DNA of 52,559 bases. Origin: an uncultured Gammaproteobacteria bacterium. Lineage in GTDB: Bacteria > Pseudomonadota > Gammaproteobacteria > Arenicellales > JAANXG01. The stretch is taken from contig CAMYOI010000004.1 in NCBI GenBank assembly GCA_947259955.1, forward strand, positions 1-52,559. Reading direction: 5' to 3'. The notes beneath the pieces were generated by a model. That model saw nothing but the letters and a program-made list of their open reading frames with translations, was not told where the DNA came from and did not search any database. Positions 51,953 to 52,559 of the stretch are shown piece by piece; the first letter of the stretch is position 1; every line of letters begins with the position of its first letter. A program made the translations under genes and the position numbers.

Positions 51953-52009
51953 GTAAAATCGATATTTTCAGCCCCGTCATCTCTCCTGCCACTCAATCAA
52001 TGGGCACTC

Positions 52010-52064
52010 GCGGCGGACCGCGAGCGTAGCGAGTGGTTTGTCCGACTGCATGCGTTTATTAGGC
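52010..52064 (-). mobile_element. Truncated/degenerate attC site
   Basis: Minus strand GCCTAAT-AAACGCATGCAGTCGGACAAACCACTCGCTACGCTCGCGGTCCGCCGC: inverse-core-like site, left arm and central hairpin. No distal GTTRRRY follows. Confidence 0.7.
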
Positions 52065-52499
52065 GTCAGGATTGATCCAACTTTTAATTTCTTCAATTCT
52101 CGGATCTCCTAGCCAAATCGCGTCAATGATAGAGGTTGTCGATTTCATCAGATCTGGGTCATAAATCACTTGTTGCCGCGTTAGTGCTTCATCACACAAA
52201 TCACTATTGGACATTTGTCTGTCAGCGCCATCGATCGCCATAAAGCCGCCGCCACCTGATTCGGCATTTAAGATCCAGGAAGATAGCTTTTTATCATTAC
52301 AATTTTCTTCACCCCAAGTCCCGATTAATAAATCGAAGTTGGGAGAATGTTCAGGTTTATTGCATGTCCATTGCACGAAATATGCGGCAACTCCTCTATC
52401 TGGCGCACGAACGTATCCCCAAACAGTGCGGGTCTCGTTACCACAGCATTCGCACGTTCCGCCACTTTCGCCATCTGTTTCAATCTGCAAGTTATCCAT
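52059..52499 (-). CDS. Hypothetical protein (CxCC motif), integron cassette gene
   Basis: 146 aa, visibly AT-richer than flanks; stop codon lies inside the inverse core site. Confidence 0.8.
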   Translation of the reverse strand: MDNLQIETDGESGGTCECCGNETRTVWGYVRAPDRGVAAYFVQWTCNKPEHSPNFDLLIGTWGEENCNDKKLSSWILNAESGGGGFMAIDGADRQMSNSDLCDEALTRQQVIYDPDLMKSTTSIIDAIWLGDPRIEEIKSWINPDA

Positions 52500-52505
52500 T
52501 CTGAC

Positions 52506-52559
52506 GCCTAACTATTGATGAACCCCGTATATGTTGAACAATCCTGGCGCTGTTTTGTC
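52506..52559 (-). mobile_element. Core recombination site GTTAGGC with putative attI
   Basis: Minus strand ...GTTCAACATATACGGGGTTCATCAATA-GTTAGGC, immediately before the cassette ORF. Confidence 0.55.

Noticed and set aside
51963-51981. Short similarity to the right end of repeat copy B just after the tRNA
   Set aside because: Too short and gapped to distinguish from chance.
52506-52539. GTTCAAC...GTTAGGC (minus strand) read as a complete attC
   Set aside because: Spans only about 34 bp, shorter than known attC sites, and is not self-complementary.
1-52559. CRISPR array, prophage, rRNA or autonomous IS
   Set aside because: No regularly spaced repeats and no cas, phage, transposase or rRNA sequence found; the repeats seen are dispersed.

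Overview
GC-rich, largely housekeeping segment of a Gammaproteobacteria-like chromosome; taxonomy is inferred from synteny only. Gene order: TRAP transporter end and amidase; IMPase-like gene with tkt-gap-pgk-pyk-fba; bioA; a reduced Pil-Chp cluster (pilGHIJ-chpA); gshB-tonB-yqgE-ruvX-pyrR-pyrB-pyrC'; pilT/pilU; yggS-proC-yggT-dynamin-like GTPase; ampG, xth, pyrE, cca, uppP, fol genes, plsY, tsaD, rpsU-yqeY-dnaG-rpoD; tRNA-Ile2(CAT). The non-routine signals lie mostly outside the ORF track. (1) After the tRNA is an integron-type gene cassette with complementary core and inverse-core sites, a truncated attC and a putative attI at the window edge, predicting an integron integrase just outside. 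(2) A 270-bp CTAG-flanked MITE is built from two inverted structured modules, and a half copy lies 20 kb away; both sit exactly on TAG stop codons. (3) A second dispersed repeat family has about 5 copies in 14 kb, one of which supplies the C-terminus of the dynamin-like gene. (4) yqgE and the ChpA receiver domain show apparent in-frame deletions. No CRISPR array, rRNA or transposase gene was seen.
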